A stretch of DNA of 64,000 bases from Candidatus Melainabacteria bacterium 17Bon1m (GCA_032128875.1 JAVLKG010000001.1:1049453-1113452); one strand, 5' to 3'. Shown: positions 19,757-30,118, counted from the stretch's first letter. A program made the numbers and translations. Notes: a model not told the origin generated them from the letters alone.

Positions 19757-20465
19757 CTGGCGGCTTTCCTATCTTTATCGACCTAATAATATCGCGAGTA
19801 GTACGAGAACCGGGTGATTCTACTTGGTATCTCTTTTGCGCTTCTTCACATGATCGGCAGAGGAAAAGCGCCAACAGCCGCCATACATCGGGCTTTTCAA
19901 GAAGATCTCGCTTGATCTTGAATAAATCTAATTGCCACGCTTCGGGAAATCCATTTTTTAAGGCGAGGATAAGGTCCTCATAAATCTCAGGATTCCAGCC
20001 TGCTTGAGACCGAAGGAAGTCGATCAGGTCTTTGCTTGTGTGGATATTTTCAATTTTTTCCGGGTTTACGCTGAAGTGAGGCTCATGTATGACCGCTACT
20101 AGAAAATCCCGGACCGCATAGAAATCAGGCTCTTCTTCTGATTCATTTTGTACCGGCAGTAAGAAAGTGTCGCCGCCCTTCAGGTGGACATAGAGCGCCT
20201 TCTGCTCCGGATCCTTCGGGAGATCGACTTCTCGTATGTCTTCGTACCTGATGGTTCGAGCTTTCTCGCCCTTCACTCGGTAAACGGCTTGATCGCTGAT
20301 AAGAATGAAATCCTCTTCGTTGTTGATGTAAACACCGTAGAGCCTTTCATCTTTGGCAAGAATCGAATTCGAAAAAACCGAAGTATCGTGAGGCCTGGCA
20401 AAACATTCAATCAAGGACAGATGTCGCGTAATGTATTTTTCAATGTTGAGCCAATACGAGGGCAT
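19746..20465 (-). CDS. Hypothetical protein
   Basis: 239-aa ORF directly downstream of polA; its stop overlaps the start of the next ORF. Confidence 0.65.
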   Translation of the reverse strand: MPSYWLNIEKYITRHLSLIECFARPHDTSVFSNSILAKDERLYGVYINNEEDFILISDQAVYRVKGEKARTIRYEDIREVDLPKDPEQKALYVHLKGGDTFLLPVQNESEEEPDFYAVRDFLVAVIHEPHFSVNPEKIENIHTSKDLIDFLRSQAGWNPEIYEDLILALKNGFPEAWQLDLFKIKRDLLEKPDVWRLLALFLCRSCEEAQKRYQVESPGSRTTRDIIRSIKIGKPPDAL

Positions 20466-20504
20466 CGATGTTTCGTCTTGTCGAGTTGTTTCCGTCGGTC
20501 TAAA

Positions 20505-23474
20505 TTACTTAGCTTCCATCCAGTTTGGACCAACTCCGATATCCACTACCAGCGGCACTTTCAGCGGTTGTCCGTATTCCATTGATTGCGTGATTACTTT
20601 CTTCGCGAGCTCTAATTCTTCGTTTGGAACTTCAAGTACAAGTTCGTCATGCACTTGCAAAACGATCTTGGTCTTCATATTGTTTTCCTTCAATTCTTTG
20701 CTCAGACGAATCATCGCCAGCTTCATGAGGTCTGCTGCACTGCCTTGAAGAGGTGCATTGAAAGCGGCTCTTTCGTCGGCTTGCCGGATCATTGAATTGC
20801 GGTCATTCAAATATCTGAAGTGTCTGCGGCGACCGTAGATCGTCTCTACGTAATTTTTCTCGCGGGCAGTTTCGAGGGTTTCAGAAACTAATTTCATCAC
20901 GTTGGGGTATGTGTTGAAATACTTTTCGCGGAACTTCTTAGCCTCGGCTGTAGACACACCCAAGTCAATGCCTGTGCGGTAATCGCCTTGTTGATAGACG
21001 AGTGCGAAGTTCATTGTCTTACCAACCGCGCGCATTTCTTTTGTAACTTCTTCTAGTGGAATATCGAAGATTTCTTTGGCTGTGCGTTGGTGAATGTCCT
21101 GATTCTTTTGAAACGCGTCGATGAGCGTCGGGTCTTCTGCCATATGCGCGAGCATGCGCAATTCTATTTGCGAGTAGTCGGCGGAAACCATCACCCAGCC
21201 TTCTTTTTCCGGAATGAACGCGCGGCGTATTCGGCTGCCGATTTCGGTCCGGATTGGAATATTTTGCAGGTTCGGATTGGTGCTTGAAAGGCGTCCTGTT
21301 GCTGCGACTGTTTGGTTGAATGTTCCGTGCAAACGATTGTCTCTTTGGCTGACAAGTTTGGTCAGGCTGTCAACGTATGTTGAACGCAACTTGGAGAGAT
21401 GCCTGTATTCGAGCAGCTTGGGAATGATTATGTGCTCGTCTTTCAGCGCTTCCAGAGCTGCAGCATCAGTGGACAGACCTGTCTTCTTTGTTGTTTTGCC
21501 TTGCGGTTTTAATCCCAAATCTTCGAACAGGACTTTCTGAAGTTGTTGTGTCGAATTGATATTGAATGAATAACCGGAAAGAGCAAAAATCTCTGACTCC
21601 AATCTTGCGATGTCCGAAGACAGTTCAATGGAGAGCTTCTTGAGATACGCAGTGTCGAGCGCAATACCGTTCTGTTCCATCTCGGCAAGAACGCACGAAA
21701 GTGGCAGTTCAATCTCGTTGAGAATAAACAGTTGCTCTTTGTCCAACATAGGCAAGTATGTGCGAGCAAGCTCCAGGGTCATGCGAGCATCGTCAGCCGC
21801 ATAGGGAGCTGCTTTTTCAATTGGCACCATTTCCATGGTGACCTGTTTTTTGCCAGTACCAATCAACTCGGCAATTCGCACCATCTCATAATTGAATACT
21901 CTGCTGACCTGATCCTTCAGTCCATGCTTTTCATCAGCATTGAGAATATAGCTTGCGATCATCGTATCGAAGGCTACTGGGCACATTTTGATGCCGTAGA
22001 GCGACAAGACATTCATTTCGAACTTTGCGTTCTGTGCGATTTTACCGATCTTGGGATTCTCTAAAATTGGCTTCAGTCGTTCGATAACGAGATCATGATC
22101 GAGCTGCTGTTGCGTGAGAATACCTGAGTGTCCAACCGGAATGTATGCGGTTTTCGGTCCACTTCCATTGGTGCTGGAATTCTCGCTGACGGAAAGTTTT
22201 CCGTCAGTGAGGCTGAAGCCCCCGCCCCAGGCAAATGCGTAGCCGACAATGTTTGTATCCAGCGATTCGATTCCGCTGGTTTCTAAATCGATGGCAAATG
22301 CTTGTTCGTTGGAAAGTTCGTCAACCAGATGATTGAGAGCATCTTCGGTCGTGATGATCTGCGGCGTCGGTGGTCCAAACGAGCGTTGCTCGTATACCGG
22401 CGCGTTCGATGCTGGTTCTATCGAATCGAAGAGACCGAGCTGACGACCTCCGCCACCCAAGCCCGTTTCTGCACCGACTCCTGCGCCAACGGGGATCTCC
22501 GATTCGACCTCAACGCTAACAACTGTGAGCGATGAGATTTCCCCGGACTGTGCCGGCATCGCGACCGCGCCACCAGAAATTTTGGAGAGCACAATGGGCA
22601 AGCGACTGACAATTTTCTTCATACCGAGGTTTTGGAAAAAGTCGTTTGCTTTGCTCGTATCGATAGAGTCCAGACGGCAATGAGCGAAGTCGAATTCCAT
22701 TGGTACATCGAGCTTGATTGTCGCAAGCATCTGGCTCTTGTAGGCAATTTCCTTGCCTTCTGTTAGTTTTCCTTTTACCGATTTTGATTTCAACTCTTCG
22801 ACATGTTCGTAGATGCCATCGAGAGTTTTATATTGCGTCAGAAGCTCTACTGCTGTCTTTGGTCCGATGCCTTTGACGCCGGGAATATTGTCTGAGGAGT
22901 CGCCGCAAAGCGCCTTGTAATCAATGATTTGCTCTGGCCAGACGCCCATCTTTTCAAAAACTTCTGCGCGTCTGTAGGTCACCAAACCACCGCCACGTGC
23001 CGGCGGCATGAGAACCTGAATGTCACCGTCTACGTCGGTAACGAGTTGAAATGCGTCTTTGTCTCCGGTGAGAATGTCGACGCGAATGCCGCGGCGTTCT
23101 GCATCTTTGGCAACGGTACCGATGACATCGTCCGCTTCGTAGCCGGGCAATTCATATAAAGGAATGCCCAACATTTGGACACCCTCTTTGATGAGCGGCC
23201 ACTGCTTCTTCAGGTCGTCCGGCATTTCCAGACGATTTGCTTTGTACTCGACATACTCTTCTTTACGGAAGGTGGGTTCCTCGCGGTCGAATGCGACAGC
23301 GAGCATTGTCGGGTTGTGCTTTTCGATCAGATCGAAAATGGAGCTGAAGAAGCCGTATAAAGCACCAGTCGGAATACCGGATGAACTGCGCAATCCCATG
23401 GAGAAAAGCGCGTAGAACATGCGGAATGCCAGGGAGCTACCGTCAACGAGAACGAGAGTCTCCTTTTCTGCCAT
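20505..23474 (-). CDS. polA: DNA polymerase I
   Basis: 5'-3' exo (LVDGSSL, YEADD), 3'-5' exo (IDLET), motif A SADYSQIELR, motif C QVHDELV. Confidence 0.98.
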   Translation of the reverse strand: MAEKETLVLVDGSSLAFRMFYALFSMGLRSSSGIPTGALYGFFSSIFDLIEKHNPTMLAVAFDREEPTFRKEEYVEYKANRLEMPDDLKKQWPLIKEGVQMLGIPLYELPGYEADDVIGTVAKDAERRGIRVDILTGDKDAFQLVTDVDGDIQVLMPPARGGGLVTYRRAEVFEKMGVWPEQIIDYKALCGDSSDNIPGVKGIGPKTAVELLTQYKTLDGIYEHVEELKSKSVKGKLTEGKEIAYKSQMLATIKLDVPMEFDFAHCRLDSIDTSKANDFFQNLGMKKIVSRLPIVLSKISGGAVAMPAQSGEISSLTVVSVEVESEIPVGAGVGAETGLGGGGRQLGLFDSIEPASNAPVYEQRSFGPPTPQIITTEDALNHLVDELSNEQAFAIDLETSGIESLDTNIVGYAFAWGGGFSLTDGKLSVSENSSTNGSGPKTAYIPVGHSGILTQQQLDHDLVIERLKPILENPKIGKIAQNAKFEMNVLSLYGIKMCPVAFDTMIASYILNADEKHGLKDQVSRVFNYEMVRIAELIGTGKKQVTMEMVPIEKAAPYAADDARMTLELARTYLPMLDKEQLFILNEIELPLSCVLAEMEQNGIALDTAYLKKLSIELSSDIARLESEIFALSGYSFNINSTQQLQKVLFEDLGLKPQGKTTKKTGLSTDAAALEALKDEHIIIPKLLEYRHLSKLRSTYVDSLTKLVSQRDNRLHGTFNQTVAATGRLSSTNPNLQNIPIRTEIGSRIRRAFIPEKEGWVMVSADYSQIELRMLAHMAEDPTLIDAFQKNQDIHQRTAKEIFDIPLEEVTKEMRAVGKTMNFALVYQQGDYRTGIDLGVSTAEAKKFREKYFNTYPNVMKLVSETLETAREKNYVETIYGRRRHFRYLNDRNSMIRQADERAAFNAPLQGSAADLMKLAMIRLSKELKENNMKTKIVLQVHDELVLEVPNEELELAKKVITQSMEYGQPLKVPLVVDIGVGPNWMEAK

Positions 23475-23520
23475 TTCAATTCCTCCGGTGTCTTATGTTC
23501 TTTCCATTTCTTTTAGGCAA

Positions 23521-23605
23521 GGGCGCGCTGCACGCGCCGCTTTTCGGTTTTCTGAAGACTAGATGAAAATCAGAAGCCGAGGGCGATGCATGGCATCGCC
23601 TCTAC
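23521..23605. repeat. Two REP-like palindromes
   Basis: gggcgcgctgcacgcgcc and gggcgatgcatggcatcgcctctac (GTAG on the minus strand). Confidence 0.6.
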
Positions 23606-23608
23606 AGT

Positions 23609-25402
23609 TTATTGCGCGGCAGGCGCGGCTGGGGCCGCTGGTGCTGCGGATGTTCTTGGTCTGGGCGGTCCCATTACTTGCCCGATTGCATCAGACAAGC
23701 CCGAACCTTCGCACAATGACGGCGCTTCGATGCCCAGGATGCTGGTTACGGTCGGCGCGATATCGATTGGGCTGACAGTTTGGCTGAAACGTCCAGCGCG
23801 TATTGAGCTGCCACAAAGAATGAGCGGCACTTGAGTGTCATACGCAAACGGCGAGCCACTGCCGGTTCCGGCAGTTTCTGAGGCAAACACATATCCGGGT
23901 TTTGGATAGATGAGCAATTCGCCCGAACGATTCCAGTAATAGCTGCGTCTTTGCGCTTCAGCATTGCCGCCGCTTTGGACTTGGTTGAGAATCAACTGGT
24001 GACGGCAAAGAACATCGCCGACTCCGGCAATGGACTTAGCCAACTTGGCTGCAACAGCCTCTACATCAGCCTGGCGAACTTTTTGCTTTTCCAATGTTTC
24101 CAGCTTTAAGTAGACGTTGGGTGGCGAGAATTCATCAATCCAATCATCCGGAGCGATCTGCGAATCTAGTGCAGAATCGAGCAAATTTTTGAATGTCTTG
24201 GGATCGATTTTGCCGGTGTTCATTCTGCGTTCTTTGAGGAACTCAGGAATCGGCATGGTGCCATGCGCTGCAGTAAAGACGATAAGCGTGTTGTTCAAAC
24301 CGACCTTTTGATCTACGACTTGAAACAAGCTGGAGAGCGACTGGTCCATTTTGAGGACGAGGTCTTCAGCTTCTTGGCTGTATGGTCCGAACGACTGGGT
24401 CAAATGGTCTCCGGCAGCCAAACTCAGGCAGAGCATGTCCGGCTCATTATGCTGACCGAGGAATTCTTTTTCGATTGCTTCTTTGGCGAAGTCGCAGGTC
24501 ATTTGATTTGCCCACGGTGTCATCGCAAATGCGTTGTAAAAAGCCTCGCCTTGTCCGCTGATGGTGTGGGGGAAGGTCTTAGACCAACCGGCTTCAGCCT
24601 TTTCGTAGGGATAGTCGTCGCGAGTAGATGCGCCGTATTCGGTCTCAGGAAGGCTTCTTTGCCATGGCTTGCCGTTGTATTTGTCGGCATAGCGTTGTTC
24701 GTTGAATGCTTTGGCCCATGCCGGTAAATCGACGGAATATTGAGATGAGGTGACGAAATTTCCGGTTGTGCGATCAAACCAAAAGGCGCCGTTGGCAAGA
24801 ACGCCGGCCAGCATCAAGGCTGAAGTATCGCGCAGCGAGCAAGCGACGACTTTGCTTCTGCCATTGGTTGCGAGTTTCATCTGGTCACCAATTGTGGTGC
24901 CGACCAGACGCATCGAGCTTGCACCTTGACCGCTGGCACCGACCAAGTGGTAGGTATCATCGGCAGTGGCACTCATTACTCTGTTTTTCTTAGGAACGTA
25001 CCATTCGTCAGCGACGATTCCGGAAAGCCACGGATTTGCTCCAGTGGAAATAGCTGCCTGCCCGCAAGCATTTTGCGAGGTAGCATAGCTGAGGCGGCAG
25101 TTTGTGTAGTTGGCACCGTGCTCCATCAAGTAGCGCAGTCCGCCGCTGCTCAGCTTGTCTTGGTAGCGGCTCAGATAATTGTATGAGAAATGGTCCGCAA
25201 CTATTAATAGTACGAGTTTTGGTCTTGCCGATTGCGAGGCTTGAGCCAGTGCGGGCGGGCAAATGCTGTTGATGCCCAAACAAATCAATACAAGCAGTGT
25301 AAGAAATGCTCTCAACAAATGCACAGACAATACCTCGCTAAAAGTAGTAACCGGCACCCCTTGCCGAAGTTCAAACCGATGACGAATCACAGCCATCGAC
25401 AA
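23609..25402 (-). CDS. Alkaline phosphatase superfamily protein (PafA-like), exported
   Basis: PKLVLLIV.D, TTIGDQMK, FGPYSQE, TA.HG, GSPFAYDTQVPL; several canonical metal ligands appear substituted. Confidence 0.82.
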   Translation of the reverse strand: MSMAVIRHRFELRQGVPVTTFSEVLSVHLLRAFLTLLVLICLGINSICPPALAQASQSARPKLVLLIVADHFSYNYLSRYQDKLSSGGLRYLMEHGANYTNCRLSYATSQNACGQAAISTGANPWLSGIVADEWYVPKKNRVMSATADDTYHLVGASGQGASSMRLVGTTIGDQMKLATNGRSKVVACSLRDTSALMLAGVLANGAFWFDRTTGNFVTSSQYSVDLPAWAKAFNEQRYADKYNGKPWQRSLPETEYGASTRDDYPYEKAEAGWSKTFPHTISGQGEAFYNAFAMTPWANQMTCDFAKEAIEKEFLGQHNEPDMLCLSLAAGDHLTQSFGPYSQEAEDLVLKMDQSLSSLFQVVDQKVGLNNTLIVFTAAHGTMPIPEFLKERRMNTGKIDPKTFKNLLDSALDSQIAPDDWIDEFSPPNVYLKLETLEKQKVRQADVEAVAAKLAKSIAGVGDVLCRHQLILNQVQSGGNAEAQRRSYYWNRSGELLIYPKPGYVFASETAGTGSGSPFAYDTQVPLILCGSSIRAGRFSQTVSPIDIAPTVTSILGIEAPSLCEGSGLSDAIGQVMGPPRPRTSAAPAAPAAPAAQ

Positions 25403-25620
25403 GTGGGTTCTAAAGGAGACTGAATGAGGCGCTTGACTTGCCTTCGGCCATCCTATAACGAGTAATTTTACGGCCCTTGAGATGATGTTTTCAGCCGTTT
25501 TGGGACGCGATAGTGTAACGCTTTATATTGATAACTTTGTGAACTTAAGGCTCTTTTGGAATTACCACTCTAAAATCAGACGAATCAGCACCAGACCAGC
25601 GATTTAAGTGGAGAGTGGTT

Positions 25621-26040
25621 ATGAGCGAGCGAACAAAATTATTAAAGAAAGCAGTCATGACTGGCGTTGGCGGCGCTACCAATGTAGACCGCATTAAATC
25701 GGCCATCAAAGACGCAATGAACGACTTGGTTAAAGTTGGACAAGATCTTCTCGACGATTTGGAAGAAAAAGGTACCAATAAGACCGATTCAGTCCAACAA
25801 TTCATGAAAAACCTCAAGTCCGAAACTGAGAAGAAAGGATTTGAAGTTGAAAAGAAAGTTTCCACCAACGTTAAGGGTTCAATGAAGAAGGCTGCCAAAG
25901 AGCTCGGCCTCATCACCCGCGAAGATTGGGAAGAACTCTACGAGCGCATCGCTGCTATCGAAGATGCAGTCGGCGTAAGCGCTGGTGACGAAGAAGGCGA
26001 AAGCAAGAAGAGCCGCAAGAAGAACAAGAACAACAACTAG
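25621..26040 (+). CDS. Phasin/PhaF-like helical protein
   Basis: LLKKAVMTGVG...LVKVG...AKELGLITREDWEEL.ERIAAIE pattern; basic tail. Confidence 0.55.
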   Translation: MSERTKLLKKAVMTGVGGATNVDRIKSAIKDAMNDLVKVGQDLLDDLEEKGTNKTDSVQQFMKNLKSETEKKGFEVEKKVSTNVKGSMKKAAKELGLITREDWEELYERIAAIEDAVGVSAGDEEGESKKSRKKNKNNN

Positions 26041-26063
26041 TTCTACTGCTCTTAAAGACGTTC

Positions 26064-26125
26064 AAAGGGGTGCAGCGATGCGCCCCTTTTGCTTATGCGT
26101 GGGGGCGCGTTGCACGCGCCCTTTT
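26064..26125 (+). terminator. Two REP-like hairpins followed by T-tracts
   Basis: aaggggtgca gcga tgcgcccctttt and gggcgcgt tgc acgcgccctttt. Confidence 0.7.
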
Positions 26126-26145
26126 CTCATTTTTGTATAGCGCCC

Positions 26146-28932
26146 CTACAGCATTTCAGAGGGCAGGGGCGGTATCTGAGGGATTTGTTGCCCTGTCAGC
26201 GGGTTCGTCAAGTAGGAGCCTGATTGGCCAAGGTCGGTAACCGGCAACGGGGTTCGTAGTTGGAATTCTCCCGCCAGCCCCGGCACTTCACCATTGCGAC
26301 TACTCGGCTCGCGCCAGTCCCCGTCGGGAATACTGACCGGTTCTCCCATGCTGCCTTCACTTCTCGTTGAAATTAAGTCCCGCAGGACCACCGACCAGCT
26401 TACTTTCGGCTCCGCACCTGTTTTCACTGCATTAGGGCAGTAGTAAACCATCTGCCCGGCGGGTATTCGAATATTTCCGAAGGCATAGTCTTTGAACGCG
26501 AGCAGTGCTTCGACTGGCTTTGAAGCGTTTTCCTTAGCGGCGTCAGCAGATGCTTTCTTCGCTGCTTCTGTTTTCGCTTCCGTTCGAGATTTGCGTTTTT
26601 CAGCTGTTTCGACCAGAGCATTGGAATCAATAACGAAAGTCACTTTGGTCCAACTTGGGATTTCTCGTGGCTGCAGCCAGTATAGTTTGAGCGGCAGACC
26701 TTCCACAAAAATGGTCCTGCTGCCTGTCTCCAGAAGATCATTCGCTTCCGCGACCAGGTGCATATCGGGATTGGTCCAGTCCGAAATCAGCTCTCCTTTT
26801 ACCGGTTTTTGCGGTTGTGGAACGGACTCGAGGCGTCGGCGCCTTTCCTCTTCTGTCAGCAAAAATTCTTCTTCTTGAATGGGCACCGGTTGCGGCAGAA
26901 AGACGAAACGCCCACCCAGGAGGAAGCCTCCTGAGGGAGCCTGAGTGCGTGCCAGCCCGTTGACTAAAATTTGATTTGAGTGAGTGCAGAGATCGTAAGT
27001 TGTGATGCCAATTTTGTTTGCGTTGAGCGAAACAAGCCTGGCCGTTTCATTCAGCTTTCTGTAACGGTCGCGCTGATCTTTGTCTTTGATGAGCAGCTCT
27101 TTTAGCTCTTCCAGTCTGTCTTTCGCAAGATTGTACTGGCGCAGATTCTCGCTGTCTTTTGGTTTGAGCGGACCATTTGCTTTCTTCGAGTTATCCGGGT
27201 CGAATGGCATTTGAGTGCGAATGCGATGCATTCTGGCAGACACCGAAGTGAGCTCTTGGCGCTCGAAATACATCTTTTGATCGAGTTCTCGCAGGGATGC
27301 TTTGGCGCGATTCACCATTTGCTTTGATGTTTCCAGAGACTCTAGTGCGGCAAGATTCGTCTCGTACACTGCTGATAGAAAATCTTTGAGCAACTGCTTG
27401 TCGAATCTGTCTTTGCCGGACAGCACGCACTTTCCATTGGCATCAACAACAAGGGGCAGTGATGAAGACGGCGGAATCTTGTTGCGCGCGATGCGCTGGT
27501 CGCGAATGGCGAAGCAATGACTCAGCGCAAGCTGCCCCGGACCGTCGGGGTTTGTTTGATTCAGCAGAGCATATTCTCTTGAGCCTGTATCGGCTGCCAG
27601 ACAGCTGTTTGCCTGATTCATCGCGCTGTCGATTGATGCAGTTTTGATCGCTTGGGCAAATTGCTGGTTCATCATTTTCGTAAAATTTGCCGGTTCGACG
27701 AGCGGCCCCATTTGCTTTAGCCAGTCGTAGAGAGCATGAGCGAGAGCGCTGCCTGGAGAGAGACCGCCCGAGATTGTCTCCATCGGTGGCGCAAGACTAC
27801 CTTTGCCAGGCACTTCCGTTCCGACGACTTGTTGCCATTCTCCTTGTCCTGTCCAGGCTTTGAAATTCAAGATGTCGGAAAGACACCCGAATTGATTGGG
27901 TTTTCCCTGAGGAAAATTGACCACGAATGCTGATGACCTGGGGTATGCTGGCTCGCCTCCAACCACTGCACATGCGGTTTTTATGACTTTCTCTTTCGTC
28001 CCCTTCTCTTTCGTGCGCTCGTAAATGACGTCGAGTTGCACTGCCCATGGTGCAGTTCCGTGGCTGCCTGGCTTAAACCAAGCTGGCTCTATAATTCTTG
28101 TTGAGCGCGGTTGACCGAGAAAAGTAACCGTCTGCCCATCAGGCATGGGGACTGGAATTCCTGAGCGGTACTGTCCGTCTTTTACAAAGTCTTTGCCGCT
28201 GTCTTCCAGAGGCGCAAATGTTTGCGTGCTCAGTCGACCAGCCTCCACCGAGCCAAGGGTGAGCCGAACGTCTACAAGATTAGGACCTCTGCCTTTCACA
28301 TCTTCAGAAAGAAGTCGAGACACTTCCTGCAAAATAGAATCGCCTTCGTTGTTCGAATCAGCACTGCTATCTGGCTCACTGTCGGTGCCTGTCAGTTGTC
28401 TTGCCACTCTTTCAGGCTGCTCCGACATGCTCGGATCTTGCACTGGCACTTGCTCAATTGCGGAGAACATACGCCGGGTAAGCTCTGCTTCTAACTGTTT
28501 TGCAATCTTGAAATCGCGCTTGCTTAGCTCAATAAGAGCCGGACTATTCAATTTTTGAGCAATCAAAGCATCTACACGCAACGTTGCATAGAGCGAATTC
28601 AAGCCGATCACGCGAGGATGTCTTTTCCTTTCGGTGTACGAAAGCTCCTGTGGTGGCGCCGTATCGACTAATCCCACCTTGCCGATAGAAGGATGCGAAG
28701 CGGTGATTTCAGATAGTGAGCGCGCCGCCAGGTACACAGCACGATCAACCGAATTGGAATCCTTGTGCTGCTGATTGAGCGTGCAAACTGCAAAAACGTA
28801 CAATGCCACAATGACGCTGCCGACAAATGTGGCAGCGACAAGAAGGGTCGTGTGCTGTACGTCCTTACGCACAACCTTCGCTTTCGTGTCGGGCTTAGTA
28901 AGTTCTGCAGTCATACTTTCCTTCTTCCCCAT
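26146..28932 (-). CDS. Large hypothetical membrane-anchored protein (N-terminal TM helix, central coiled coil)
   Basis: 928-aa ORF; single hydrophobic helix near the N-terminus; heptad-rich region around aa 530-630. Confidence 0.75.
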   Translation of the reverse strand: MGKKESMTAELTKPDTKAKVVRKDVQHTTLLVAATFVGSVIVALYVFAVCTLNQQHKDSNSVDRAVYLAARSLSEITASHPSIGKVGLVDTAPPQELSYTERKRHPRVIGLNSLYATLRVDALIAQKLNSPALIELSKRDFKIAKQLEAELTRRMFSAIEQVPVQDPSMSEQPERVARQLTGTDSEPDSSADSNNEGDSILQEVSRLLSEDVKGRGPNLVDVRLTLGSVEAGRLSTQTFAPLEDSGKDFVKDGQYRSGIPVPMPDGQTVTFLGQPRSTRIIEPAWFKPGSHGTAPWAVQLDVIYERTKEKGTKEKVIKTACAVVGGEPAYPRSSAFVVNFPQGKPNQFGCLSDILNFKAWTGQGEWQQVVGTEVPGKGSLAPPMETISGGLSPGSALAHALYDWLKQMGPLVEPANFTKMMNQQFAQAIKTASIDSAMNQANSCLAADTGSREYALLNQTNPDGPGQLALSHCFAIRDQRIARNKIPPSSSLPLVVDANGKCVLSGKDRFDKQLLKDFLSAVYETNLAALESLETSKQMVNRAKASLRELDQKMYFERQELTSVSARMHRIRTQMPFDPDNSKKANGPLKPKDSENLRQYNLAKDRLEELKELLIKDKDQRDRYRKLNETARLVSLNANKIGITTYDLCTHSNQILVNGLARTQAPSGGFLLGGRFVFLPQPVPIQEEEFLLTEEERRRRLESVPQPQKPVKGELISDWTNPDMHLVAEANDLLETGSRTIFVEGLPLKLYWLQPREIPSWTKVTFVIDSNALVETAEKRKSRTEAKTEAAKKASADAAKENASKPVEALLAFKDYAFGNIRIPAGQMVYYCPNAVKTGAEPKVSWSVVLRDLISTRSEGSMGEPVSIPDGDWREPSSRNGEVPGLAGEFQLRTPLPVTDLGQSGSYLTNPLTGQQIPQIPPLPSEML

Positions 28933-28997
28933 TTGATAACATGCACACTAGACGTCATGAAAGATGAGGAATAAGGAGAGAGATTCTCCTGATAAAA

Positions 28998-30008
28998 ATG
29001 GTCACTCGCAAGGGAATCTCCAGGTTAAAACGTCCGGTTGCCGGTTCGCCGAGCCGCAATATTGCTCGCTATACGGCGCTAAACTCTTTGACTTGCTGGA
29101 TTGCTGCATCTGCTCTTAGTTTTTTTTATCAGCCCGCATTATCCGCCCCTGTGCCGAAAAGCAGCGTATCTTCACTGGCTCTGGATTTGCAGAAAGTGGA
29201 CGAGCTTACGGAAGCGCGCAGCTTTTACAAGGCACGGAAGGTTTTAGAACCCTTGCTGGCTGCACATCCCAAGGATTCACAGGTGCACAAATGCGCGGGT
29301 CGGTTGTTCGCGAAAATGGGGCTTTTGCCTCGCGCGATTGATGAATACAACACGGTCGTGGCGCTCGAGCCCACCAATTTATCGGCATATATCGAACTTT
29401 CCAAAGCTTACATGGCGCGTGAAGATTTCAATCATGCCATGGTCTTTGCGCGGGAGGCTCTGAAGATCAATCCGAAAGCGTCCGAAGCAAGGCTGCTCCT
29501 TGTTCGCATTCTTATGGCGAAGAGCTTGTTGCTGGAGGCTGAGCAAGAACTGCAAAGACTTTTGCGCGGAGATCCGAATGATGCACAAGTGCATTTTATG
29601 GCGGCGAACATCTACCGAGAACGCGGTGAAGGGGCTCTGGCTCTTACTCACATTGAGAAAGCAATTCAGCTAAATCCGCAAAAGCATGATTGGCTACTTG
29701 AGAAAAGCGATATTTGCACGCTTCTTAATCGCCATGATGATGCGAAGGCGTCGCTGGAAAAGTTATTGCAGTATGAACCAGATTCGGTTGAAGGGCTAAA
29801 CAGGCTGGCTCGCGTCAAAGAGAATTCTTTTCGCGACTACGATGGAGCAATGGAATGCTACAAGCGAGTGCTTTCAATTGACCCTGACTCCGTAACGGCA
29901 TTGGCAGGAATTGAGCGCCTCAAGTCAAAGAAAAATGACCTGGCTGGATTGTGGAAACATCAGTTGAAGACCAATCTCTCGAAGCTGATGAACAAATCGA
30001 AGAATTGA
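28998..30008 (+). CDS. Exported TPR-repeat protein
   Basis: Repeated A....P.....(Y/H)..L TPR units; hydrophobic N-terminal segment; SD aaggag. Confidence 0.85.
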   Translation: MVTRKGISRLKRPVAGSPSRNIARYTALNSLTCWIAASALSFFYQPALSAPVPKSSVSSLALDLQKVDELTEARSFYKARKVLEPLLAAHPKDSQVHKCAGRLFAKMGLLPRAIDEYNTVVALEPTNLSAYIELSKAYMAREDFNHAMVFAREALKINPKASEARLLLVRILMAKSLLLEAEQELQRLLRGDPNDAQVHFMAANIYRERGEGALALTHIEKAIQLNPQKHDWLLEKSDICTLLNRHDDAKASLEKLLQYEPDSVEGLNRLARVKENSFRDYDGAMECYKRVLSIDPDSVTALAGIERLKSKKNDLAGLWKHQLKTNLSKLMNKSKN

Positions 30009-30016
30009 CTTTACCT

Positions 30017-30083
30017 GTAGGGGAGGCGCATGCGCTTCCCTTACAAAAGAAAAAAAAAGAGGGCGCATGCAATGCGCCCCCAC
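30017..30083. repeat. Inverted REP pair, probably acting as terminator between TPR gene and purA
   Basis: gtag gggaggcgc at gcgcttccc, then an A-tract, then gggcgcat gca atgcgccc ccac. Confidence 0.7.
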
Positions 30084-30118
30084 GAATTTCTATTTGATAG
30101 GTCGATGCGTTTGGCTAA

